A program made the position numbers and the translations under genes. Below the pieces are notes generated by a model. It saw only the letters and a program-made list of their open reading frames with translations, did not search any database and was not told the origin of the DNA. This document shows, piece after piece, positions 1-8,795 of a stretch of DNA of 32,000 bases. Origin of the DNA: Acaryochloris marina MBIC11017 (lineage in GTDB: Bacteria; Cyanobacteriota; Cyanobacteriia; Thermosynechococcales; Thermosynechococcaceae); assembly GCF_000018105.1 (NCBI RefSeq), contig NC_009925.1, positions 3,510,001-3,542,000 of the forward strand, written 5' to 3'. Every line of letters starts with the position of its first letter. The stretch's first letter is position 1.

Positions 1-432
1 GGCTCTCTTCCTGCGGCTTTTTGCCTGAGAATACACCGTCCACATGTGATGGTTATCACTTCTCCAGACTTGAACTATCACAGCTGCTATAGACCGGTAT
101 CACGGCTATCAGCATGATGAATGGCTAATAATTTTGTCATTCCAGTCTAACTCTGTGGCTGCCCGACTCAATTCGCCACGGGGCACAAGAGGAGATTTTG
201 ATAGTAACGCTTGTTTATTCTGTTGTTGCTGAGCAATAGGTTATGACTCATCCCCAAGATTTTGAGCAGAGTTCCCAATTCGATCGCTACGGTGCTGGAT
301 CTACCCCGAACCTCACGGTTGAAATTTCTAGTCGTCCACTCTATCGTCAAGTTCGGAGACAGAGATCTGGGATGACGCCTATGGACTCTATCGAGTTTGA
401 AGGTACGGCATTGGATCAGTTATCCCATGGCA

Positions 433-463
433 AGGTTGCTGGCGTTGCTCAATGACGGGATGA
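433..463. repeat. Left TSD copy (433-440) plus left terminal inverted repeat (441-463) of the IS
   Basis: Read directly: AGGTTGCT then GGCGTTGCTCAATGACGGGATGA. Confidence 0.85.
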
Positions 464-1236
464 CTCACGCAGGAATAGGTACTTCCCCAAACTTGAGATA
501 GTGGATCAATAGTCGAATTGAATGCTTGAGCATGTCCACCGACTTTGAATAACATAAAGTCTTGCGATGGAGCCGTGCCAAGTAATGTCGTAAACGAGTA
601 TTTTCTCCCTCTACTCGTGTCATGTAGGTCTTGCTAACAATCTGGTCACCCTCTGGGATAAAGCCTGGATAGACGGGATTGCCATCACTGACCCAGAAAA
701 AACATTGCCAACAGACGATTGCTTGCCATAACGGTCGAAAGGTCTCAGCACTATGGTCACCCACAACCCAGCCTAGAATGCCGGGGTGAAAATGATCCAC
801 CACAGTCCAAATCCAGACCTTATTGCGTTTTTTGCCCACAAAGGTTTCGAGTTCATCTAATTCTCCGACCTGTGGGATATCGTCGGGGTCATAAGCATTG
901 GGTAATAGAACTCCAACTTGTTGAACCCAATGAATCACAGTGGTATGAGCAACGCCTATGACTCGTTCGATACCCTTCAACCCCATTCCATTGACATACA
1001 TTCTCAGGCAGAGTCGTTTCGTCCAATCACTGTAGCCACGCTTTGAGTAAGTTGAAAGAAACTGTCGTCCACAGGTCACACAGATATGATTTTGTTTACC
1101 TCGACGATGCCCATTCTTATGGATATGTTGACCACCACACTCAGGACACTTCATACAGATTCCTCATGATGTTTGAAATAGTCATGAGGTTATCCTGACG
1201 CAATCCAATTAATTCATCCCGTCATTGAGCAACGCC
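441..1236 (-). mobile_element. IS1-family insertion sequence, 796 bp, apparently intact
   Basis: Perfect 23-bp terminal inverted repeats (441-463 GGCGTTGCTCAATGACGGGATGA; 1214-1236 is its reverse complement). Flanked by the 8-bp direct repeat AGGTTGCT (433-440 and 1237-1244). A single 229-aa transposase ORF lies between the IRs. Size and TSD length fit IS1 (about 770 bp, 8-9 bp TSD). Confidence 0.85.
465..1154 (-). CDS. IS1-family transposase (single fused ORF, N-terminal zinc finger plus DDE-type core)
   Basis: 229-aa ORF. N-terminus MKCPECGG...HICVTCG gives a CxxC...CxxC zinc finger as in IS1 InsA, continuous with an InsB-like catalytic region. It is located exactly between the IRs. Confidence 0.9.
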   Translation of the reverse strand: MKCPECGGQHIHKNGHRRGKQNHICVTCGRQFLSTYSKRGYSDWTKRLCLRMYVNGMGLKGIERVIGVAHTTVIHWVQQVGVLLPNAYDPDDIPQVGELDELETFVGKKRNKVWIWTVVDHFHPGILGWVVGDHSAETFRPLWQAIVCWQCFFWVSDGNPVYPGFIPEGDQIVSKTYMTRVEGENTRLRHYLARLHRKTLCYSKSVDMLKHSIRLLIHYLKFGEVPIPA

Positions 1237-1244
1237 AGGTTGCT
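1214..1244. repeat. Right terminal inverted repeat (1214-1236) plus right TSD copy (1237-1244) of the IS
   Basis: Read directly: TCATCCCGTCATTGAGCAACGCC then AGGTTGCT. Confidence 0.85.
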
Positions 1245-1639
1245 TGGTGGGTTGAGATCGCAAGTTGGTTTGTCTATGGCATACCCATGGGAATCTTAGC
1301 GTTTCCGATTCTGGGAGAGCAGGTCAAGGTAATGGGAGACCATCTCATAAAACTCTTCCATTCCCCGTTGTCTGGCACGCTGTGGTTTCAATTTTTGATG
1401 ATCTTGTTTGCCACTGCATTTCTAGTCATGGTGTGTCTTTGTACGCTGATGATTCTGGTGAAAGGGACGATCCGGAAACTCCAACAGCACCGTTAAAATC
1501 TCTGGACCCATGATTAAGCTGAGCTTAAAGAGATTGAACTGGTCATACCTATCCCCACTTTTCTTTCTCTAGAGACTCACAAGTTCCTCAACTTTCATCC
1601 ATAAGCTGAAAAAAGAGGCTATGGAACAGGAGTCTGAGC

Positions 1640-2086
1640 ATGAGAACACATCATCATCGGGGGGATGATCGCCAAAAAATTATTGCCTTATGGACGGCCT
1701 TTCTATTGGGCATGCTCTTTCATACCCAACTGGCTTTAATGCCGTTGTTTCATGGGCTGAGTGTGGCCCACTCCCATATCAATGATCTACCCCTCACTAC
1801 TCTTTTTTGGCTGGTGTTGGGCGTTTTTGGCATGGCGATGGCTGCCATTATTGCCACCGCTTTTGTGAAAGGACAACGATACAAAACGCTACATTTTGGC
1901 TTGACGTTGCTTTATACCGTCATCAATATTAGCCACCTAACCCTGGACCTCATCGTCGGGGTCCCCAGCTATCAGCTTTGTCTGATGGGGTATCTGCTGT
2001 TGATTGGTCTCCTGCTAAACCTTGTCGCGTTTCAATGGTTTCACTCAGAGTTGGATAAACAACCGGTCTTGAGGTCAGCCCGTTGA
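1640..2086 (+). CDS. Hypothetical integral membrane protein (about 4 TM helices)
   Basis: 148-aa ORF with an ATG start and four long hydrophobic stretches. It lies directly upstream of, and co-oriented with, the two-component genes. No family recognised. Confidence 0.55.
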   Translation: MRTHHHRGDDRQKIIALWTAFLLGMLFHTQLALMPLFHGLSVAHSHINDLPLTTLFWLVLGVFGMAMAAIIATAFVKGQRYKTLHFGLTLLYTVINISHLTLDLIVGVPSYQLCLMGYLLLIGLLLNLVAFQWFHSELDKQPVLRSAR

Positions 2087-2132
2087 CTATTAAGACCGGT
2101 TTTCCTGACCGTTTGACCGATGTCTCCCTGGT

Positions 2133-2140
2133 GCGATCGC
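2133..2140. repeat. HIP1 octamer GCGATCGC (first of nine copies)
   Basis: Exact copies at 2133, 5372, 11909, 20522, 23105, 23241, 24322, 24447 and 28519 (start coordinates). A random 32-kb sequence would be expected to contain roughly 0.5 copies. Confidence 0.9.
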
Positions 2141-2208
2141 AAAAATACGCTCATAATTGGAGTAGCGATGCCCTAAGCGATGCAATCGGACCTAACGTCG
2201 GGAGGCCG

Positions 2209-4497
2209 ATGATGCGAATACTCGTTGTTGAGGATGATCAGCCCACCGCTGAAACCTTAACCACTCTCCTAAACCAGTGCAGCTACGCAGTGGAAACTGT
2301 GGCGGATGGCGAAACTGCTGCAGATCTGGTGAATGCATTTGAATATGACTTGCTCCTGCTGGATGTGATGCTGCCTAAAGTAGATGGCATTACCCTTTGT
2401 CGCCAACTGCGAAATCAAGGCCATACCATGCCGATTTTGCTGCTGACGGGAAAGGGGGACAGTCATGACAAAGCGGTGGGGCTCGATGCCGGGGCGGATG
2501 ATTACGTCGTCAAACCCTTTGACCTAGAAGAATTAGAGGCTCGTATTCGGGCCTTACTACGTCGGGGACATCTCCATACCTCGCCGATTTTGGAATGGGG
2601 TCGCTTGCAGTTGGATCCCAGCTCCACCCAGGTGAGCTATCACCGGCAGCTCCTAGCGTTGACGCCCAAAGAGTATGCGCTACTGGAGTTGCTGATGCGT
2701 AATCCTCGGCGGGTATTTAGCTGTGGCATGTTGCTAGAGCATCTATGGACCTATGAAGATATGCCTGGCGAAGAGGCTGTTAGAACCCATATCAAAGGTC
2801 TGCGCCATAAGCTCCGGGATGCCGATGCACCGGCCGAGATGATCGAAACTGTGTATGGCATTGGCTATCGCCTCAAGCCTTTAGCAGAATTAGAGGCAGA
2901 AACACCGTCCTTTCAGCAGGAAAATCAAGCGGCCATTGCCAATATTTGGCAGCGGTATCAGGCTCGGATTAGTCAGCAGGTTCAGGCGTTAGAACGGGCC
3001 AGCGTTGCCTTTCAAAATCATCAAGGCCACCTCAGCGCGGATCAACAGCAGCAGGCAGAGCAAGAGGCCCATACCTTAGCGGGGGCCTTGGGCATGTTTG
3101 GCATTCATGCGGGGACTCAATTAGCGCGCCAGATTGAGCAACTCCTGCACCAGCCCCAACCCTTAGGTACAGAGGATATTGGAGAATTTCAGCATCAGGT
3201 AGAGACCCTCCGACAGACGATTGAGGCCCATGGCCCGGTCTCACCTGCCGACACTCTGGATTCCCTAGGCACCCTGCCGTCTTTGCTGGTGATCGATGCC
3301 GATCAAGATTGGATAGCTGACTTAACGGACCAAGCTCGATATTGGGACTGGACCGTCCAGACGGTGAAAGATCTAGACGTCGCCCATCGGTCCCTGACTC
3401 AGGATGTGCCTCAGGTGATTCTGATGGATCCATCTGTGGCGGACCATAAGGATCAAACCCTGGCTTTCCTAGAGCAGGTGACCCATCATACGCCCCCGAT
3501 TCCTGTCTTGTTCTATGGCTTGCCGGAAGGACTGCATTCGCGGCTAGAAGTGGCTCGTCTGGGGGGAAAAGCCTTTTTAGAGAAACCGATCGCTCCCCTG
3601 CAGGTGCTCCAAGAGGTGGAGCGGGTGCTGCATCAGTCTCAATCCATCACTGCCAAAGTCATGATTGTGGATGATGATCCGAGTTTGCTGCAGTTGCTGC
3701 CTCCTTTATTGGAGCCTTGGGGGTTTAAGGTGAGTACCCTTGCCGATTCCAGACTGTTTTGGCAAACCTTGGTGGCGGTCGCCCCGGATCTCCTGATTCT
3801 CGATATCGAAATGCCCCATGTGGGGGGAATGGACCTTTGCCAGATCGTCCGCAACGATGCCTACTGGTATAACCTACCGATTATCTTTTTGACAGCCCAT
3901 ACCGAAGCTGAGACGGTCAATCAGATTTTCGCCCTGGGGGCGGATGATTTTGTCAGTAAACCTGTCGTTGGCCCCGAACTGGTGGTGCGTCTTGTCAATC
4001 GTCTGGAGCGAATGCAGCTTTCCCAACAGCTTTGGCAGGTTGATACCCTCACCAAAGCCTATAAGCGGCAACCCGCCATTGCTCGTTTGGAACAGATGAT
4101 GAAGCGGGCGCAAGATCTACAGCAACCCTTGAGTCTGGCCTTAGTTAAAGTGACCAATCTGCGGCTGATTAATGCTGAATTTGATTTGGAAACCGGAGAC
4201 TCGATTTTGCGTCAGGTGGGATATACCCTAGGTCAAGGCTGTGGGAAAGATGATGTGGTGGCTCGCTGGAGTAGCAATGAGTTCTTGATGGGGCTGCAGG
4301 ATGTCCAGGAGATGGAAGCAGAGGATCATGTCCAACATCTATGCCAGGACTGTTTGCAAGCCCACGCCCTGGCCCATGAGGCGGTGCCCATGCACCTCGA
4401 CTTAGGGGTGGTGCAATATCCTGAGGCGGGGACGACCTTATCGGCCCTGTATAAAGCTGCCGATCACCACCGGATGGGGAGGCAGGCTGATGCTTGA
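2209..4497 (+). CDS. Multidomain response regulator: REC, OmpR-type winged helix, HPt-like, receiver-like, REC, degenerate GGDEF
   Basis: ATG 2209 (or 2212) is preceded by GGGAGG at 2200-2205; the track start 2083 is a TTG overlapping the upstream stop. Domains by eye: REC (MRILVVEDD..LLDVMLP..KPF). Winged helix (LTPKEYALLELL..GYRL). HPt-like helix with His330 (EAHTLAGALGMFG, codon 3070-3072). Receiver-like domain (LLVIDAD..ILMD). Canonical REC (VMIVDDD..LILDIEMP..SKP). C-terminal GGDEF fold with active-site motif replaced by RWSSNEF (SSNEF = 4270-4284). Confidence 0.85.
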   Translation: MMRILVVEDDQPTAETLTTLLNQCSYAVETVADGETAADLVNAFEYDLLLLDVMLPKVDGITLCRQLRNQGHTMPILLLTGKGDSHDKAVGLDAGADDYVVKPFDLEELEARIRALLRRGHLHTSPILEWGRLQLDPSSTQVSYHRQLLALTPKEYALLELLMRNPRRVFSCGMLLEHLWTYEDMPGEEAVRTHIKGLRHKLRDADAPAEMIETVYGIGYRLKPLAELEAETPSFQQENQAAIANIWQRYQARISQQVQALERASVAFQNHQGHLSADQQQQAEQEAHTLAGALGMFGIHAGTQLARQIEQLLHQPQPLGTEDIGEFQHQVETLRQTIEAHGPVSPADTLDSLGTLPSLLVIDADQDWIADLTDQARYWDWTVQTVKDLDVAHRSLTQDVPQVILMDPSVADHKDQTLAFLEQVTHHTPPIPVLFYGLPEGLHSRLEVARLGGKAFLEKPIAPLQVLQEVERVLHQSQSITAKVMIVDDDPSLLQLLPPLLEPWGFKVSTLADSRLFWQTLVAVAPDLLILDIEMPHVGGMDLCQIVRNDAYWYNLPIIFLTAHTEAETVNQIFALGADDFVSKPVVGPELVVRLVNRLERMQLSQQLWQVDTLTKAYKRQPAIARLEQMMKRAQDLQQPLSLALVKVTNLRLINAEFDLETGDSILRQVGYTLGQGCGKDDVVARWSSNEFLMGLQDVQEMEAEDHVQHLCQDCLQAHALAHEAVPMHLDLGVVQYPEAGTTLSALYKAADHHRMGRQADA

Positions 4498-7105
4498 GCA
4501 AGTTCATCTTCTGCCTGATCAACAGAGCTGGATGACATCCCTGCTGAATACGGTGCCTGCCCTAGTGGTCATTCTGGATGCCCAGGGTCGGATTGTGGGC
4601 TTTAATCAAGCCTGTGAACAGGTGTCTGAGTATACCTTTGCGGAGGTGAAAGAGCGATTTCTTTGGCAGGATTTGCTGTTGTCAGAAGAACAGGCCGGTG
4701 TACAAGCCGTTGTTGAGCAGCTGCTTTCTCATCAAGGCCCCAGTCAACATCAAAATCACTGGCGGACAAAGACCGGAGAACGTCGCCTGATCGCCTGGTC
4801 AAATTCTGTGATTCAGCAGGGGCACGCAGTCCAGTTTGTGATTTGCATGGGCGTTGATATTACAGAACAACAGCAGTCGGCGTTGGTTTTGCAGCAACAG
4901 ATTGAGCATGAACGACTGTTGAGTGGTATTGCTGCCCGCATCCGCCAATCCTTAGATCTGCGGACCATCCTTAACACGACTGTGGATGAAGTTCGGCAGC
5001 TGTTAGAGACGGATCGGGTGCTGATCTTTCGGATCGAAGAAAATTGGGACGGTATCGTGCTGGTGGAATCCGTCGATACGGACCAATGGCCTTCGATCCT
5101 GGGGGTTAAAATTCACGATCCGTGCTTTCCTGATATTTATGGGGGGCCGCCAGAGCAAATCCATGCTAGTGCGGTTGATAATATCTACACTGCCAATCTG
5201 TCTCCCTGTCATCAAGAGTTACTCCAACAGTTCCAGATTCAAGCCAATTTAGTGGTGCCCATTATCTTGGAGAATCGAGTCTGGGGTTTACTGATGGCCC
5301 ACCATTGTCGGGAGCCGCGCCATTGGAAGTCTCTAGAGATTAAGTTACTGAGTCGATTGGCGATTCAACTTGCGATCGCAATTCAGCAGTCCGAACTGTA
5401 TTGCCAACTGCAGGCAGAATTGACCGAGCGTGAACAAGTCGAAGTGGTTTTGCAAGAAGCCAAACATAATCTAGAGCAGCGGGTTGTGGAGCGCACCGCA
5501 GCCCTCCGCCAGGCCAACCAACAATTACGATCTGAACTGCAAACCCGTCAACAGGCAGAAGCGGCCTTACAGCATTCGCAGAAGCGTATCTCTGGCATTT
5601 TGGAAATTGCCGATGATGCCATTATTTCCGTGGATGGCTCTTTTACCATCACCCTGTTCAACCAGGGGGCGGAAAAGATGTTTGGATATCGCCGTCAAGA
5701 TATCCTCGGCCAGCCCCTGCATAAGCTCTTGCCCGATGATTTGGTCCTGTCTCATCAATCGCAGATGCAGCGGTTTGGTGACGCTTCCAAGGACGCATCC
5801 ATGACCACCCAAATGGGGGCTCGGCGTCGCCCGATCACCGCTCAGCGTCGAGATGGTACCTACTTTACGGCGGAGGCCTCCATTTCTAAACTGCAGATGG
5901 GTGAAGAACAGGTCTTTACGGCCATTCTGCGAGACATTACTGAGCGTCTAGAAGCTCAAGCGTCCCTGACCAAGCTCACCCGCCAAAATGAATTGATTCT
6001 TAATTCCATGGGGGAAGGGCTTTGTGGGGTCGATTTACAGGGGCACATCACCTTTGTGAATCCCGCTGCGGCTGATATGCTGGGCTACGCGATTTCTGAT
6101 TTGATTGACCAGCCAATGGCAACAATTTTGGGGCCTGATCCGCAACCGCTGAATGGCGATCTGAATGCCCTTTATCCCTTTGAGGATTCTTTACGGTCGG
6201 GGACCACCCATCGGTTTATTACCGATGAATTTCAGCGGCGCGACGGCACCCTGTTCCCAGCGGAATATGTGAGTACTCCGATTCGTGAACAGGAAAAGAT
6301 TACGGGAGCGGTAATCACTTTTAAAGATGTGAGTGATCGTCAAGTGGTGGAACGGATGAAGGATGAATTTATTTCCGTGGTCAGCCATGAACTGCGCACG
6401 CCCCTGACCTCGATTCATGGATCTCTGCGGATGCTCACTAGTGGCTTGTTGACTGCTCACCCCGATAAAAGCCAACGCCTGCTTAAAATTGCTGTTGATA
6501 GTACCGATCGGTTGGTGCGGCTCATTAACGACATTTTAGATGTAGAACGGATTGAATCCGGGCAGGTCAGCATGACCAAAGACCCGTATAATATTGCCGA
6601 TTTGATGGTTCAAGCCGCCAATACCATGCAGGGCATGGCGAGTCAGATGCAGGTGCAATTAGCAGTAACACCGTTAGCCGTGCTGACGGATGTGGATGGA
6701 GATCGAATTGTCCAAACCCTGACTAATCTTTTGAGCAATGCGATTAAATTTTCCCATTCGGGGGGCACTGTAGAAATGAGTGCCCATGTAATGCCGCAAC
6801 AGCCGCCAAGCTGTGCCTTAAGTGCCCCTGCCGCCCCCTCCCTGACCCCCGGCGATGCGCCTCAAGTCTGTATTTGGGTGCGCGATCAGGGGCGAGGGAT
6901 TCCCCCTGACAAAATCAACACCATCTTTGAACGGTTTCAACAAGCCGATTCTTCCGATGCCCGAGACCATGAGGGCACAGGGTTAGGACTGGCCATTTGC
7001 CAGAGTATTGTGCATCAACATGGCGGCCAAATTTGGGTAGAAAGTCAGCTCGGAAAAGGGAGTACCTTTTCCTTCACCTTACCCATTCAGCGAAACGACA
7101 CGTAA
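4490..7105 (+). CDS. Soluble sensor histidine kinase (PAS, GAF, coiled coil, PAS, PAS, HisKA, HATPase_c)
   Basis: ATG 4490 overlaps the upstream stop by 8 nt (ATGCTTGA). No TM segment is evident. H-box VSHELRTPLTSIHG, N-box NLLSNAIKFS, G1 VRDQGRGI, G2 GTGLGLAI. A GAF-like block ends ...VWGLLMAHHC. Confidence 0.9.
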   Translation: MLEQVHLLPDQQSWMTSLLNTVPALVVILDAQGRIVGFNQACEQVSEYTFAEVKERFLWQDLLLSEEQAGVQAVVEQLLSHQGPSQHQNHWRTKTGERRLIAWSNSVIQQGHAVQFVICMGVDITEQQQSALVLQQQIEHERLLSGIAARIRQSLDLRTILNTTVDEVRQLLETDRVLIFRIEENWDGIVLVESVDTDQWPSILGVKIHDPCFPDIYGGPPEQIHASAVDNIYTANLSPCHQELLQQFQIQANLVVPIILENRVWGLLMAHHCREPRHWKSLEIKLLSRLAIQLAIAIQQSELYCQLQAELTEREQVEVVLQEAKHNLEQRVVERTAALRQANQQLRSELQTRQQAEAALQHSQKRISGILEIADDAIISVDGSFTITLFNQGAEKMFGYRRQDILGQPLHKLLPDDLVLSHQSQMQRFGDASKDASMTTQMGARRRPITAQRRDGTYFTAEASISKLQMGEEQVFTAILRDITERLEAQASLTKLTRQNELILNSMGEGLCGVDLQGHITFVNPAAADMLGYAISDLIDQPMATILGPDPQPLNGDLNALYPFEDSLRSGTTHRFITDEFQRRDGTLFPAEYVSTPIREQEKITGAVITFKDVSDRQVVERMKDEFISVVSHELRTPLTSIHGSLRMLTSGLLTAHPDKSQRLLKIAVDSTDRLVRLINDILDVERIESGQVSMTKDPYNIADLMVQAANTMQGMASQMQVQLAVTPLAVLTDVDGDRIVQTLTNLLSNAIKFSHSGGTVEMSAHVMPQQPPSCALSAPAAPSLTPGDAPQVCIWVRDQGRGIPPDKINTIFERFQQADSSDARDHEGTGLGLAICQSIVHQHGGQIWVESQLGKGSTFSFTLPIQRNDT

Positions 7106-7120
7106 AGGTATACCGGATAC

Positions 7121-7501
7121 ATGACAGCAAAGTGCATCCTCGTAGTGGATAACGAGCTTTACATTCAAGAAGTGGTTCAGATTGCGTTAGAAACGATCAA
7201 CAATTGGCGCGTCGTCACGGCCAGTTCTGGTGCTGAAGGGCTGCTGAAGGCGGAGAAAGAACGCCCCGATGCTATTCTCTTGGATATGATGATGCCGGAT
7301 ATGGATGGGGCCACTACTTTTCAGAAGCTGCAGGCTAATCCAGTTACGCAAACCATTCCAGTGCTGTTACTGACCGCTAAAATTCAAACGGCGGATCAAA
7401 AGCGTTATCAAGCCATGGGCGTCCATTCGACGATTGCCAAGCCCTTTGATCCGTTGCAGCTCCCCACCCAGATTGCAGATGTATTAGGCTGGCAGTTATA
7501 G
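7121..7501 (+). CDS. Single-domain CheY-like response regulator
   Basis: 126 aa. ILVVDNE, phospho-acceptor context AILLDMMMPDMDG, LLLTAK, AKPF. Starts 15 nt after the kinase stop. Confidence 0.9.
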   Translation: MTAKCILVVDNELYIQEVVQIALETINNWRVVTASSGAEGLLKAEKERPDAILLDMMMPDMDGATTFQKLQANPVTQTIPVLLLTAKIQTADQKRYQAMGVHSTIAKPFDPLQLPTQIADVLGWQL

Positions 7502-7539
7502 CCGCCCGATCAAGGGCTTGATCCTTACTCTCCCCCAGC

Positions 7540-8634
7540 ATGAAGCCATCCGAACCTTCTTTTACCTTGTCGATTGCCAGTTTGATGCGTGTAGGAGTGA
7601 TCAGTTTGGGGCTGCTGTTACTGTGGCAACTCCAAAATTTAGTGGTGGTGCTGATGATTTCCATCGTCTTGGCCTCTACTTTGGCTCCGATTATTCAGCA
7701 GGTGGAAGCGTTACGAGCGCCTCGATGGTTGGCGGTGTTGGGGGTCTATATCAGTTTGATTGGAGCGGCGATCACGGCCACCCTGGTGATTGGTCCGACG
7801 ATCACAGAGCAAATTCAACGGATTGTCGCCGCACTACCGGGTTATTTAGATGCCCTGACGACGCTGATCGAAGACTCGATTATGCAGTTGGGCATCAGTA
7901 AGCCAGAAGATTTGGGCATGATCAATCAGGTATTGGATCTACAAGCTCTGACGGCTTGGACCTTTCGGTCGAGTCAAAAGCTGATTCTCCAGTCCGTAGA
8001 TATCACCAAAGGCTTATTGGGAGGGGTCTTTAACTTGCTGTTAGCGCTGATTTTGTCAGCCTATATGCTGTCCGATTCCCAACGCTTGCTGCAAGGGCTA
8101 GTGGCGCTTTTCCCTCAGCCCTGGGAACAGCGGTTGGCGGATCAAGTCCATCCCGTGAGTCAACGGATGGGGGCCTATATCCAGGGTCGCCTACTGGTCT
8201 CGCTGATTTTGGGAACCACGGTGAGTATTGGCTTGAAGCTGATTGGCATTACGGAAGTGGCCTTGGGATTGGGGGCCATTGCGGGCCTGACTAATTTGAT
8301 TCCCTTCTTTGGACCCGTGCTAGGGGCGATTCCAGCGTTGCTGGTGGCGGTTGCCCAGGGGGGCTGGACGGTGGTGTGGGTGTTTTTGCTGTTTGTGTTG
8401 ATCCAAAATCTAGAAACCTATGTCCTTGATCCGTTGGTAGTGAGTCCGTCGGTGAATGTGCCGCCCCTGTACCAACTATTAGCGGTATTGGGAGGCACCC
8501 AAGTGTTGGGAATTATTGGGGCCTTAATTGCCCCACCCTGGGTCGCGGCAGGAGGTGTCCTGATTGAAAATTTATACCTGCAACCCAAACGTGATGCAGA
8601 GCAGCAGACTCAGCCTGAGCCAGAGATGGGGTGA
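7540..8634 (+). CDS. AI-2E family transporter (PerM/YhhT-like, UPF0118) membrane protein
   Basis: 364 aa and polytopic. Carries the conserved C-terminal block LTNLIPFFGPVLGAIPALLVA typical of this family. Confidence 0.8.
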   Translation: MKPSEPSFTLSIASLMRVGVISLGLLLLWQLQNLVVVLMISIVLASTLAPIIQQVEALRAPRWLAVLGVYISLIGAAITATLVIGPTITEQIQRIVAALPGYLDALTTLIEDSIMQLGISKPEDLGMINQVLDLQALTAWTFRSSQKLILQSVDITKGLLGGVFNLLLALILSAYMLSDSQRLLQGLVALFPQPWEQRLADQVHPVSQRMGAYIQGRLLVSLILGTTVSIGLKLIGITEVALGLGAIAGLTNLIPFFGPVLGAIPALLVAVAQGGWTVVWVFLLFVLIQNLETYVLDPLVVSPSVNVPPLYQLLAVLGGTQVLGIIGALIAPPWVAAGGVLIENLYLQPKRDAEQQTQPEPEMG

Positions 8635-8662
8635 CTGACGGCTGAGTTCAGATTCTTCATTT

Positions 8663-8703
8663 CCAAACTTGAGGGGTGATCCTCACATTTTCCCCAAGTT
8701 TGG
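8663..8703 (+). terminator. Candidate stem-loop downstream of the AI-2E transporter gene
   Basis: CCAAACTTG (8663-8671) pairs with CAAGTTTGG (8695-8703), extended by GGG/CCC after a 1-nt bulge. It starts 29 nt after the stop codon. No U-tract follows, so terminator function is uncertain. Confidence 0.3.
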
Positions 8704-8795
8704 AGAGTATTCTCCACATAAAGGATACTGGCTGGCTTCTGTGATGGAAGCTGTACCTGAATCTGAATAACTGCGTTCGACCCCCCTAAAGACTG

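Larger units (their letters stand above)
243..1496 (+). pseudogene. Small membrane-protein gene interrupted by the IS1-family element (5' segment 243-440, 3' segment 1245-1496)
   Basis: Removing the IS plus one TSD copy (441-1244) joins codon GCT 438-440 to TGG 1245-1247. That is the frame of the 1287..1496 ORF, so one 149-codon ORF (66 + 83 aa) is restored. Its C-terminal half has two hydrophobic helices (WWVEIASWFVYGIPMGILAFPIL; LWFQFLMILFATAFLVMVCLCTLMILV). No family recognised. Confidence 0.6.

Noticed and set aside
1-242. Possible gene end or small ORFs at the left edge, including 168..350 on the minus strand
   Set aside because: All frames are short and interrupted. The 60-aa minus-strand ORF overlaps the start of the 243.. 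ORF, and nothing could be supported from sequence alone.
1265-1513. 82-aa ORF overlapping the 1287..1496 ORF in another frame
   Set aside because: It has a TTG start. The 1287..1496 frame is the one that becomes continuous with 243..440 once the IS is removed.
2083-2208. N-terminal 42-codon extension of the response regulator in the ORF track
   Set aside because: It starts at a TTG overlapping the upstream stop. The extension has no receiver-domain features. A GGGAGG-preceded ATG at 2209/2212 begins exactly at the canonical MRILVVEDD receiver N-terminus.
3032-3433. 133-aa minus-strand ORF, and also 4169..4522 minus
   Set aside because: They are antisense to the well-supported response-regulator gene and have low-complexity Pro/Ser/Gly/Arg composition.
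7518-7901. 127-aa plus-strand ORF overlapping the AI-2E transporter gene in another frame
   Set aside because: The 7540..8634 frame gives a coherent polytopic membrane protein with the family motif. The alternative frame is Gly/Asp/Ser-rich noise.
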